From NCBI RefSeq assembly GCF_041248615.1, contig NZ_CP158426.1: a stretch of DNA of 64,000 nt. The stretch is one strand, 5' to 3'. Below the pieces are notes generated by a model. It was not told where the DNA came from, did not search any database, and saw only the letters and a list, made by a program, of their open reading frames with translations. Of this stretch, positions 42,172 to 51,351 are shown one piece after another. This stretch comes from Escherichia coli (GTDB lineage Bacteria; Pseudomonadota; Gammaproteobacteria; Enterobacterales; Enterobacteriaceae). How positions within the stretch are numbered: position 1 is the stretch's first letter; the number at the start of each line of letters is the position of its first letter. The translations under genes were made by a program, and so were the position numbers.

Positions 42172-45100
42172 ATGCAGGTCAGCAGAAGGCAGTTCTTTAA
42201 GATCTGCGCTGGCGGTATGGCAGGCACCACGGCAGCGGCACTGGGTTTTGCACCCAGCGTAGCACTCGCGGAAACCCGGCAGTATAAACTGCTGCGCACC
42301 CGCGAAACCCGTAATACCTGCACCTATTGTTCCGTAGGCTGTGGGCTGTTGATGTACAGCCTCGGTGACGGAGCAAAAAACGCCAAAGCATCTATCTTCC
42401 ATATCGAAGGCGATCCGGATCACCCGGTCAACCGCGGTGCACTTTGTCCGAAAGGCGCTGGCCTGGTGGATTTCATCCACTCCGAAAGCCGTCTGAAGTT
42501 TCCGGAATACCGTGCGCCAGGTTCTGATAAATGGCAGCAAATCAGTTGGGAAGAGGCGTTTGATCGCATCGCCAAACTGATGAAAGAAGACCGCGATGCT
42601 AACTACATTGCGCAAAACGCCGAAGGCGTGACTGTTAACCGCTGGCTCTCCACCGGGATGCTGTGTGCTTCCGCGTCGAGTAACGAAACCGGCTATTTAA
42701 CGCAAAAATTCTCCCGCGCGCTGGGTATGCTCGCGGTCGACAACCAGGCGCGTGTCTGACACGGACCAACGGTAGCAAGTCTTGCTCCAACATTTGGTCG
42801 CGGTGCGATGACCAACCACTGGGTCGACATCAAGAACGCCAACCTCGTCGTGGTGATGGGCGGTAACGCCGCTGAAGCTCACCCGGTCGGGTTCCGCTGG
42901 GCGATGGAAGCCAAAATTCACAACGGCGCGAAGCTGATTGTGATCGATCCTCGCTTTACGCGTACGGCGGCGGTGGCTGACTACTATGCCCCTATTCGTT
43001 CCGGTACTGACATTGCTTTCCTGTCAGGCGTATTGCTGTACCTGCTGAACAATGAAAAATTCAACCGCGAATACACCGAAGCCTATACCAACGCCAGCCT
43101 TATCGTGCGTGAGGATTACGGCTTTGAAGATGGCCTGTTCACCGGCTACGACGCGGAAAAACGCAAGTACGATAAATCCTCCTGGACTTACGAACTGGAC
43201 GAAAACGGCTTCGCCAAACGCGATACCACGCTGCAACATCCGCGCTGCGTGTGGAACTTGCTGAAACAGCACGTTTCCCGCTACACGCCAGATGTGGTTG
43301 AAAACATCTGTGGTACGCCAAAAGACGCGTTCCTGAAAGTCTGCGAATACATCGCCGAAACCAGTGCTCACGATAAAACTGCCTCGTTCCTGTATGCCCT
43401 CGGCTGGACGCAACACTCTGTTGGTGCGCAAAACATTCGTACGATGGCGATGATCCAGCTGCTGCTCGGCAATATGGGGATGGCAGGCGGCGGCGTTAAC
43501 GCCCTGCGCGGTCACTCCAATATTCAGGGGCTGACGGACCTGGGGCTGCTGTCGCAGAGCCTGCCGGGTTACATGACGTTGCCGAGCGAGAAGCAGACCG
43601 ATCTGCAAACCTACCTTACAGCCAACACGCCAAAACCGCTGCTGGAAGGTCAGGTAAACTACTGGGGCAACTACCCGAAATTCTTCGTCTCCATGATGAA
43701 GGCCTTCTTTGGTGATAAAGCGACGGCGGAAAATAGCTGGGGCTTTGACTGGTTGCCGAAGTGGGATAAAGGCTACGACGTCCTGCAATACTTCGAGATG
43801 ATGAAAGAAGGCAAGGTCAATGGCTATATCTGCCAGGGCTTTAACCCTGTTGCCTCATTCCCGAACAAAAACAAAGTGATCGGTTGTCTGTCGAAACTGA
43901 AGTTCCTCGTCACCATCGACCCGCTGAACACTGAAACCTCTAACTTCTGGCAGAACCACGGTGAGCTGAACGAAGTTGACTCGTCGAAGATCCAGACCGA
44001 AGTGTTCCGTCTGCCATCGACCTGCTTCGCGGAAGAGAACGGTTCTATCGTTAACTCCGGTCGCTGGTTGCAGTGGCACTGGAAAGGTGCGGACGCCCCG
44101 GGGATTGCGCTGACTGATGGCGAGATCCTCTCCGGTATCTTCCTGCGCTTGCGCAAGATGTATGCCGAACAGGGTGGCGCGAACCCGGACCAGGTGCTGA
44201 ACATGACCTGGAACTACGCCATCCCGCATGAGCCGAAGTCGGAAGAAGTGGCGATGGAGAGCAACGGTAAGGCGCTGGCCGATATTACCGATCCGGCAAC
44301 CGGGGCGGTTATCGTCAAGAAAGGCCAACAACTTAGCTCGTTCGCCCAACTGCGCGATGACGGTACCACCTCCTGTGGCTGCTGGATTTTCGCCGGTAGC
44401 TGGACGCCAGAGGGCAACCAGATGGCACGCCGTGATAACGCCGATCCGTCTGGCCTCGGTAACACGCTGGGCTGGGCATGGGCATGGCCGCTTAACCGCC
44501 GCATTCTGTATAACCGCGCCTCCGCAGATCCGCAGGGTAACCCGTGGGATCCGAAGCGTCAGTTGCTGAAATGGGACGGCACCAAATGGACCGGCTGGGA
44601 TATTCCGGACTACAGCGCAGCACCTCCGGGCAGTGGCGTCGGGCCGTTTATCATGCAGCAGGAAGGCATGGGACGTCTGTTTGCCCTTGATAAGATGGCG
44701 GAAGGTCCGTTCCCGGAACACTACGAGCCGTTTGAAACGCCGCTGGGAACTAACCCGCTGCATCCAAACGTTATCTCGAACCCGGCTGCGCGTATCTTTA
44801 AAGACGACGCCGAAGCGTTGGGTAAAGCCGATAAGTTCCCGTATGTCGGAACCACCTATCGTCTGACCGAGCACTTCCACTACTGGACCAAACACGCGCT
44901 GTTGAACGCGATTTTGCAACCAGAGCAGTTTGTGGAAATCGGGGAGTCGCTGGCGAATAAACTTGGCATTGCCCAGGGCGATACCGTGAAAGTCTCCTCC
45001 AACCGTGGCTATATCAAAGCCAAAGCGGTGGTGACCAAACGTATTCGCACGCTGAAAGCGAACGGCAAAGATATCGATACCATCGGTATTCCGATTCACT

Positions 45101-45222
45101 GGGGCTATGAAGGCGTAGCTAAAAAAGGCTTTATTGCCAATACGTTAACGCCATTCGTTGGTGATGCGAACACGCAGACGCCGGAGTTTAAGTCCTTCCT
45201 TGTGAATGTGGAAAAGGTGTAA
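42172..45222 (+). CDS. fdoG: Formate dehydrogenase-O major subunit; selenocysteine encoded by in-frame TGA at 42757-42759
   Basis: Track ORFs 42172..42759 and 42808..45222 are in the same frame and joined by one TGA (..NQARV-U-HGPTVASLAPTFGRGAMTNHW..). Tat signal RRQFFK at the N-terminus; 1016 codons in total. Confidence 0.95.
42760..42800 (+). promoter_or_regulatory. SECIS stem-loop directing selenocysteine insertion at the fdoG UGA
   Basis: Immediately 3' of the TGA: cacGGACCAAcggtaGCAAGtCTTGCtccaacatTTGGTCgc with nested complementary arms. Boundaries approximate. Confidence 0.7.
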
Positions 45223-45234
45223 CGGAGACGACAT

Positions 45235-46137
45235 ATGGCTTATCAATCTCAAGATATCATTCGTCGTTCCGCGACTAACGGTCTGACCCCCGCGCCTCAG
45301 GCGCGGGACTTCCAGGAAGAAGTGGCGAAACTTATCGACGTCACCACCTGTATCGGCTGTAAAGCCTGTCAGGTGGCGTGTTCAGAGTGGAACGACATTC
45401 GCGATACCGTCGGCAATAACATTGGGGTGTACGACAACCCCAATGATTTAAGCGCCAAATCGTGGACGGTAATGCGCTTCTCGGAAGTGGAGCAGAACGA
45501 CAAACTGGAATGGCTGATCCGCAAAGACGGCTGTATGCACTGTTCCGATCCAGGCTGCCTGAAAGCGTGCCCGGCGGAAGGTGCAATTATTCAGTATGCC
45601 AACGGTATCGTCGACTTCCAGTCCGAGCAGTGCATTGGCTGCGGTTATTGCATTGCGGGCTGTCCGTTCGACATTCCGCGCCTCAACCCGGAAGACAACC
45701 GCGTCTACAAATGTACGCTGTGCGTTGACCGCGTGGTGGTTGGGCAAGAACCAGCCTGCGTGAAGACCTGCCCAACGGGCGCGATTCACTTCGGTACGAA
45801 AGAGTCGATGAAAACGCTGGCGAGCGAGCGCGTTGCTGAGCTGAAAACCCGCGGTTACGACAATGCGGGTCTGTACGATCCGGCAGGCGTTGGTGGTACA
45901 CACGTCATGTACGTGCTGCACCATGCTGACAAGCCAAATCTGTATCATGGCTTGCCGGAGAACCCGGAAATCAGCGAAACCGTGAAATTCTGGAAAGGCA
46001 TCTGGAAACCGCTCGCAGCCGTTGGCTTTGCGGCTACCTTCGCAGCCAGTATCTTCCACTACGTGGGTGTCGGTCCGAACCGTGCGGATGAGGAAGAGAA
46101 TAATCTGCACGAAGAGAAAGACGAGGAGCGCAAATGA
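45235..46137 (+). CDS. fdoH: Formate dehydrogenase-O iron-sulfur subunit
   Basis: 300 aa with four CxxCxxCxxxCP ferredoxin motifs and a C-terminal TM anchor. Confidence 0.95.
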
Positions 46138-46769
46138 AACGACGTGACACCATCGTGCGCTACACCGCGCCGGAACGTATCAACCACTGGATCACCGCCT
46201 TCTGCTTCATCCTGGCGGCGGTGAGCGGGCTTGGCTTTTTGTTCCCGTCCTTCAACTGGTTGATGCAAATCATGGGCACACCGCAGCTGGCGCGAATTCT
46301 GCACCCGTTTGTCGGCGTGGTTATGTTTGCCTCGTTCATCATCATGTTTTTCCGTTACTGGCATCACAACCTAATCAATCGGGATGATATCTTTTGGGCG
46401 AAGAATATTCGTAAGATCGTCGTCAACGAGGAAGTAGGTGACACCGGGCGTTATAACTTCGGTCAGAAATGCGTTTTCTGGGCGGCGATTATTTTCCTGG
46501 TTCTGCTGCTGGTGAGCGGCGTGATTATCTGGCGTCCTTATTTTGCGCCTGCTTTCTCAATCCCGGTGATCCGATTCGCGTTAATGCTGCATTCATTTGC
46601 CGCAGTGGCGTTAATTGTGGTTATCATGGTGCATATCTACGCCGCCCTTTGGGTGAAAGGCACGATTACCGCCATGGTGGAAGGATGGGTTACCAGCGCC
46701 TGGGCGAAGAAACATCACCCGCGCTGGTACCGTGAGGTCCGCAAGACAACGGAAAAGAAAGCTGAATGA
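46134..46769 (+). CDS. fdoI: Formate dehydrogenase-O cytochrome b556 subunit
   Basis: 211 aa, four TM helices, [33 protein letters not shown]... Confidence 0.95.
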
Positions 46770-47695
46770 GTATTCGCATAATCCCGCAAGATGAGCTGGG
46801 TTCGAGCGAGAAACGTACGGCGGATATGATTCCGCCGTTATTGTTCCCTCGGCTCAAGAATTTATACAACCGCCGCGCCGAGCGTCTGCGCGAGCTGGCA
46901 GAAAATAATCCGCTGGGTGATTACCTGCGCTTTGCTGCGCTTATCGCCCACGCCCAGGAAGTGGTGCTGTACGACCATCCGCTGGAGATGGATCTGACTG
47001 CACGCATTAAAGAAGCCAGCGCACAGGGCAAGCCCCCGCTGGATATTCACGTTCTGCCGCGTGATAAGCACTGGCAAAAGCTGCTGATGGCGCTAATTGC
47101 TGAGCTGAAACCTGAAATGAGCGGCCCGGCGCTGGCAGTGATTGAGAATCTGGAGAAGGCATCGACTCAGGAGCTGGAAGATATGGCCAGCGCACTGTTT
47201 GCCTCTGATTTCTCATCCGTCAGTAGCGATAAAGCGCCGTTTATCTGGGCTGCACTGTCGCTCTACTGGGCGCAGATGGCCAATCTGATCCCTGGCAAAG
47301 CCCGCGCTGAATACGGCGAACAACGTCAATATTGCCCGGTATGTGGCTCTATGCCTGTTTCCAGCATGGTGCAAATTGGCACCACTCAGGGTCTGCGTTA
47401 CCTGCACTGCAACCTGTGTGAAACCGAATGGCACGTAGTGCGCGTAAAATGCAGCAACTGCGAGCAGAGCGGCAAACTGCATTACTGGTCGCTGGATGAC
47501 GAACAGGCCGCGATTAAAGCCGAAAGCTGCGATGACTGCGGCACTTACCTGAAGATTCTTTATCAGGAAAAAGAACCGAAAGTTGAAGCCGTGGCAGATG
47601 ACCTCGCCTCTCTGGTACTGGACGCGCGAATGGAGCAAGAAGGCTATGCTCGTAGTTCCATCAACCCGTTCCTGTTTCCGGGTGAAGGGGAGTAA
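46766..47695 (+). CDS. fdhE: Formate dehydrogenase formation protein FdhE
   Basis: 309 aa with paired CxxC motifs ([27 protein letters not shown]). Confidence 0.95.
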   Translation: MSIRIIPQDELGSSEKRTADMIPPLLFPRLKNLYNRRAERLRELAENNPLGDYLRFAALIAHAQEVVLYDHPLEMDLTARIKEASAQGKPPLDIHVLPRDKHWQKLLMALIAELKPEMSGPALAVIENLEKASTQELEDMASALFASDFSSVSSDKAPFIWAALSLYWAQMANLIPGKARAEYGEQRQYCPVCGSMPVSSMVQIGTTQGLRYLHCNLCETEWHVVRVKCSNCEQSGKLHYWSLDDEQAAIKAESCDDCGTYLKILYQEKEPKVEAVADDLASLVLDARMEQEGYARSSINPFLFPGEGE

Positions 47696-47876
47696 TCTCT
47701 GACGTTTTCCGGGTGGCGCAGGTCGCCCGGATTACAGTTCATAGGGTGTGACGACACCATCTCTCTTATTCCGCGTTACCACCTCAAGCTATGCTGCCAG
47801 TGCCTGTTTTGCCTCAATTTTCACACTGAACAAATCGATAACAATATCGATATCAAATAGCCAAATCTTTTTGCCA

Positions 47877-48095
47877 TTACCATTCCTCGCGCAGCTTACG
47901 CTGGTATTCGACACCATCTTCCTCACTCCCTTGCCAGATGCCAAAAGCACTGGCTCTTGCTGTTTGCGATTGATTTACCAGGTATTGATCTACCGCTTCC
48001 CGTAATAGCTCCGCACGAGGAAGATTATGCTGCACCTCGAGATCATCAAGTTGCTTAAACAACTCATTCGATAAATTGAGTAAAATTCTGCCCAT
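47877..48095 (-). CDS. yiiF: Ribbon-helix-helix (CopG/antitoxin-like) small protein YiiF
   Basis: 72 aa from the ATG at 48095: [42 protein letters not shown]...; RHH pattern. Confidence 0.75.
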   Translation of the reverse strand: MGRILLNLSNELFKQLDDLEVQHNLPRAELLREAVDQYLVNQSQTARASAFGIWQGSEEDGVEYQRKLREEW

Positions 48096-48337
48096 ATCTA
48101 TACCTGCCAGAGAGTTCATAAATATCTCGCCCATATCATTTTTGAATCTATGGAGAGAAAAGTACCCTTGTCGAATCTTTAAAGAAAGCGTATTTACGCA
48201 TCACTTTTTATTTTTGCGAGGCGTTTTCCAGATATGATGTAACAGTTGCAGTTATTATAAGTTCAAGTAAAACAGCCTTGTATTAATACCAGAATAAGGG
48301 CATCTGTTTTTTTATATTCAAGAATGAAAAATTTTTG

Positions 48338-48556
48338 TCATTCCTTATGCTCCTTACACTGATCATCAACACCAACTACCTCCCCCTTTTGCCTGCCTCC
48401 CTTTGCTTTACGCACCGGGAATTGCTGACGTTCCAGATATTGCTCTACCGCTTCGCGTAAAATTGCAGATCGTGAAACCTTACGCCAGCCCCTAAGCTTG
48501 TTCAGCCGTTTAATTGCCTCTTCTGATAAATGAAGAAAAACCGTATTCATCGCCAT
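48338..48556 (-). CDS. yiiE: Ribbon-helix-helix (CopG/antitoxin-like) small protein YiiE, paralog of YiiF
   Basis: 72 aa from the ATG at 48556: MAMNTVFLHLSEEAIKRLNKLRGWRKVSRSAILREAVEQYLERQ... Confidence 0.75.
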   Translation of the reverse strand: MAMNTVFLHLSEEAIKRLNKLRGWRKVSRSAILREAVEQYLERQQFPVRKAKGGRQKGEVVGVDDQCKEHKE

Positions 48557-48974
48557 TACCACCACCTTACATATATTACTCATTAATGTATGTGCGAAAA
48601 TTACGCCGAAAAATCATTTAAAAAAAGCGGATTTTTGCATGTCGTTTTGTTTTTGCGAGACGGCATCCAAAGATAATGTAACAGTTGCAGTTATTTCAAT
48701 TGTTACTCAAAAATGGTTTAGTAATAACCCAGGATGGTTTATTACTTTTAATTAAGCGGGGACACATCTACAGAAAAGAAACAACAAATAATAAGAATGA
48801 ATTATGGGTGCTATAAATATTTTATATTCAAGAATATTTTTTTGATTGGGTGTTCATTTGCTTCATCAGGATGGTGTACCCGAAAAAGTCAGCAGCTTTA
48901 CCGCACCAGGGTTTAAGGTGAAATCTACCATTCATAACTGACCGGTCAGTGCCGCACCAACCGGTCTTTAATTG

Positions 48975-49253
48975 TTAGTAGTAGTAAATTTGTGGATAAC
49001 AGTCCGGGAACCAGACGATTCCTTCTGGATCATCCCCCTGCATTACCCGATGACATTGGCGTCGATCATCTGCGCGACGGCGAAGCGTAGTATAGAGCCG
49101 CTTCCATTCATGATCGCCCGGTGTACTGTAGTTTACCCAACAATCCATTGAAGGGTGACGCCATTTACCTGTAAGTGTTGGGATCCCTGAATGATTATGT
49201 GGCTTCGCTTTACCATTACGATCCCTATCTTTACGCGTATTAAGCGTGGACAT
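48975..49253 (-). CDS. Hypothetical small basic His/Cys-containing protein (92 aa)
   Basis: ATG at 49253 preceded by CAGGAGACTAAAA (SD 8 nt upstream). MSTLNTRKDRDRNGKAKPHNHSGIPTLTGKWRHPSMDCWVNY...; no family recognised. Confidence 0.45.
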   Translation of the reverse strand: MSTLNTRKDRDRNGKAKPHNHSGIPTLTGKWRHPSMDCWVNYSTPGDHEWKRLYTTLRRRADDRRQCHRVMQGDDPEGIVWFPDCYPQIYYY

Positions 49254-49314
49254 TTTTAGTCTCCTGTTAAGAGTTCTAAAAATGTGCTTCCTTAAAATAG
49301 TTCATCATTTTCCC

Positions 49315-49527
49315 TTAATTCGCATAGCGTGCTTTTGCACGAATTTCCGATACGCGGGGACCATCATGATAGCGTCGATGCCCACACATCCAACAAGAAC
49401 AAATACAGGGAGTACGAAAGCAAATACCTGATGCTTTTTTGCTTCCATCGCCTGCAGTGCGATAACGGCAGCGGATTTTTTTTAATCGCGCCATATGATG
49501 GCGACGTTCAGCACGATTACGGGTCAT
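49315..49527 (-). CDS. Hypothetical small basic Cys-rich protein (70 aa)
   Basis: ATG at 49527 preceded by TCAGGAGTTTTACT (SD supplied by the R1 repeat hairpin). MTRNRAERRHHMARLKKIRCRYRTAGDGSKKASGICFRTPCICSCWMCGH...; no family recognised. Confidence 0.45.
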   Translation of the reverse strand: MTRNRAERRHHMARLKKIRCRYRTAGDGSKKASGICFRTPCICSCWMCGHRRYHDGPRVSEIRAKARYAN

Positions 49528-49532
49528 AGTAA

Positions 49533-49636
49533 AACTCCTGAGCAGGCGGCACTATGCCGCTTTCATAGGAGTTCTGAATGCTGGTGCTTTCTGTATGGCA
49601 TAACCATGCCTCTAACGGTTAAGTGCCTGCAGCACA
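49533..49636. repeat. ~104-bp repeat R1 (nested hairpin), direct copy of R2
   Basis: AACTCCTGAGCAGGCGGCACTATGCCGCTTTCATAGGAGTT... with outer stem AACTCCT/AGGAGTT and inner GCGGCA/TGCCGC; overlaps the 3' end of the antitoxin gene; ~85% identical to 51350..51453. Confidence 0.8.
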
Positions 49637-49902
49637 TGTTGCGGATCATTGGCAATCGCTCGCAGCAAAGCCTTTGCAGGCCCAGTCGGTGAACGTCGCC
49701 CCTGCTCCCAGTTACGCAACGTGTCTACGCTTACGGAAATAAGTTCGGCAAATTTAGATTGTGACAACCCTGAAGCGCGGCGTATTTCTTTGATTTTCAT
49801 AGCATCAACTTCAAAAGTCCGTGAAGGGTGTCGCGTTCCTTCAATAATTTCATTCATCTGGGCCATGCTGTGAGTCAACCGCTCAAAAAGTGCCTTATCC
49901 AT
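49612..49902 (-). CDS. HTH-XRE antitoxin (HigA-like), second gene of a toxin-first TA operon
   Basis: 96 aa; SD GAGGTGG upstream; start abuts the toxin stop. HTH segment IKEIRRASGLSQSKFAELISVSVDTLRNWEQGRRSPTGPAKALL. Confidence 0.8.
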   Translation of the reverse strand: MDKALFERLTHSMAQMNEIIEGTRHPSRTFEVDAMKIKEIRRASGLSQSKFAELISVSVDTLRNWEQGRRSPTGPAKALLRAIANDPQHVLQALNR

Positions 49903-50214
49903 TTACCACCTCGTATTTAACAACCGGAGCATTGCTTTTTCCTGGGGAGACAGATCATCTTTAATACCCTTACGATAAATAAGCAGTAATCTGATCTCAT
50001 AATGTTTAACCTGATGAAAGTAAATAACCCTGACACCAGCACGTTTCCCCTTTCCTCCTGACACCCATCGAACCTTTCTTAACCCACCAGTTTCAGGTAT
50101 TACCTCACCATAGTCAGGATTCAAGGCCAGGAAAAACTGAAAACGACTGAATTCATCGTCGGTCAGCAGTTTTTGAACATCTTCAGTAAAAATTTCCGTT
50201 TCGATGAAGAGCAT
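49903..50214 (-). CDS. RelE/ParE-superfamily toxin (HigB-like)
   Basis: 103 aa, MLFIETEIFTEDVQKLLTDDEFSRFQFFLALNPDYGEVIPETGGLRKVRWVSGGKGKRAGVRVIYFH...; resembles HigB-type toxins as recalled from memory. TATAAT sits immediately upstream of the ATG. Confidence 0.75.
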   Translation of the reverse strand: MLFIETEIFTEDVQKLLTDDEFSRFQFFLALNPDYGEVIPETGGLRKVRWVSGGKGKRAGVRVIYFHQVKHYEIRLLLIYRKGIKDDLSPQEKAMLRLLNTRW

Positions 50215-50430
50215 AATTATACGCCATTGGCTTAGAGTAACAATCCTTTTTGTACGTCATTGACGTACCCTTGAAACCACTAGCTTACTGATAGTGCTCC
50301 AGCAAAACCACGTCTCTGCCGGGTTTGTCTTTACATTTGCGAGGCGCTTTCCAGATTTTTCACGCCCGTGAATTTCCCTGTATCCATCCAGCAAAAACGG
50401 GTGTATAAAACTGTACATTCATACAGCAAA

Positions 50431-51351
50431 ATGAGTTCTACTATGGCACTGGAAAAAGGAATTGCAGAGTTAGTCGAAGAGTTTATCGCTGCGGGTCGCC
50501 CCTCATCGCGTCAACAAAGTATTGCGCAGCGCAGGGAGGGCTATATCGCCAGCGCTGTCCTTGCGGGTGAGACAGAAACGCGGGTAGATATTCAGACTAT
50601 CGAACTTGAAGGGATGATCTTACGAATAGTGTCACCGCTGAATGCCCCGACATTACTCCCGACGATAATTTATTACTACGGTGGCTGTTTTGTTAGCGGC
50701 GGGTTCGCAACTCACGACAACCAGCTGCGCCAGTTAGCCTATTACGGGCAATGTCGGGTTATTGCCGTCCAGTATCGGCTGGCACCGGAACAGACTTTCC
50801 CCGCCGCCCATGATGATGCGCAACGAGGTGCAGAATTAGTCTGGCAACACGCCGAACGACTCGGCGTTGATAAACAACGGATAACTCTTGCCGGTGACAG
50901 TGCGGGCGGACATCTGGCGCTGGTAACTGCTTTGCGATTAAAGCGTGCTGGCGAGTGGCAACCGGCACAACTCATCTTAATTTATCCCATGCTTGATGCG
51001 ACTGCGCATTTCGAAAGCTACATACGCAATGGTCACGATTACATCATCACACGCGACACTTTACTGAGCGGCTTTGAGATGTATCTGCCAGGCATTGAAC
51101 GCAGGCATCCTGAAGCCAGCCCTCTTTGGCGCGATGATTTCAATGGCTTGCCACCTGTACATATCATTACCGCTGAATACGACCCACTTTGCGATGAAGG
51201 TGAAGCGTTGTATCACCGCATGACAGGGCAAGGAGTGCAATGCACCTGCCAACGCTACCTTGGCGTTATCCACGGATTTTTTCAGTTAGGTGGTATCAGT
51301 GAGGCTGCGCGATCGGCGCTGCGGGATGTGGCCTGGAGAGCGGGAAGGTAA
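50431..51351 (+). CDS. Alpha/beta-hydrolase-fold esterase/lipase (HSL/Aes-like)
   Basis: Oxyanion-hole region YYYGGCFVSGG, nucleophile elbow GDSAGG, downstream catalytic Asp/His candidates. Start ambiguous: GTG 50368, ATG 50431 or ATG 50443, none with a clear SD. Confidence 0.7.
   Translation: MSSTMALEKGIAELVEEFIAAGRPSSRQQSIAQRREGYIASAVLAGETETRVDIQTIELEGMILRIVSPLNAPTLLPTIIYYYGGCFVSGGFATHDNQLRQLAYYGQCRVIAVQYRLAPEQTFPAAHDDAQRGAELVWQHAERLGVDKQRITLAGDSAGGHLALVTALRLKRAGEWQPAQLILIYPMLDATAHFESYIRNGHDYIITRDTLLSGFEMYLPGIERRHPEASPLWRDDFNGLPPVHIITAEYDPLCDEGEALYHRMTGQGVQCTCQRYLGVIHGFFQLGGISEAARSALRDVAWRAGR

Noticed and set aside
41914-42615. 233-aa minus-strand ORF spanning the fdhD–fdoG promoter region
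   Set aside because: Overlaps the fdhD start and the fdoG N-terminus in antisense; the intergenic segment is better explained as the divergent fdhD/fdoG control region.
43855-45099. 414-aa minus-strand ORF, plus the 254-aa ORF at 43024..43788
   Set aside because: Both lie antisense inside fdoG; the long open frames are typical of GC-rich coding DNA read in reverse.
42172-45222. Two separate track ORFs 42172..42759 and 42808..45222
   Set aside because: Same frame, separated only by a TGA with a downstream hairpin; this is one selenoprotein gene (fdoG), not two genes or a pseudogene.
50368-50430. GTG start at 50368 extending the esterase ORF by 21 codons
   Set aside because: The extension would place the conserved upstream motif and the LexA-like palindrome inside the coding sequence; a downstream ATG (50431 or 50443) is more plausible.
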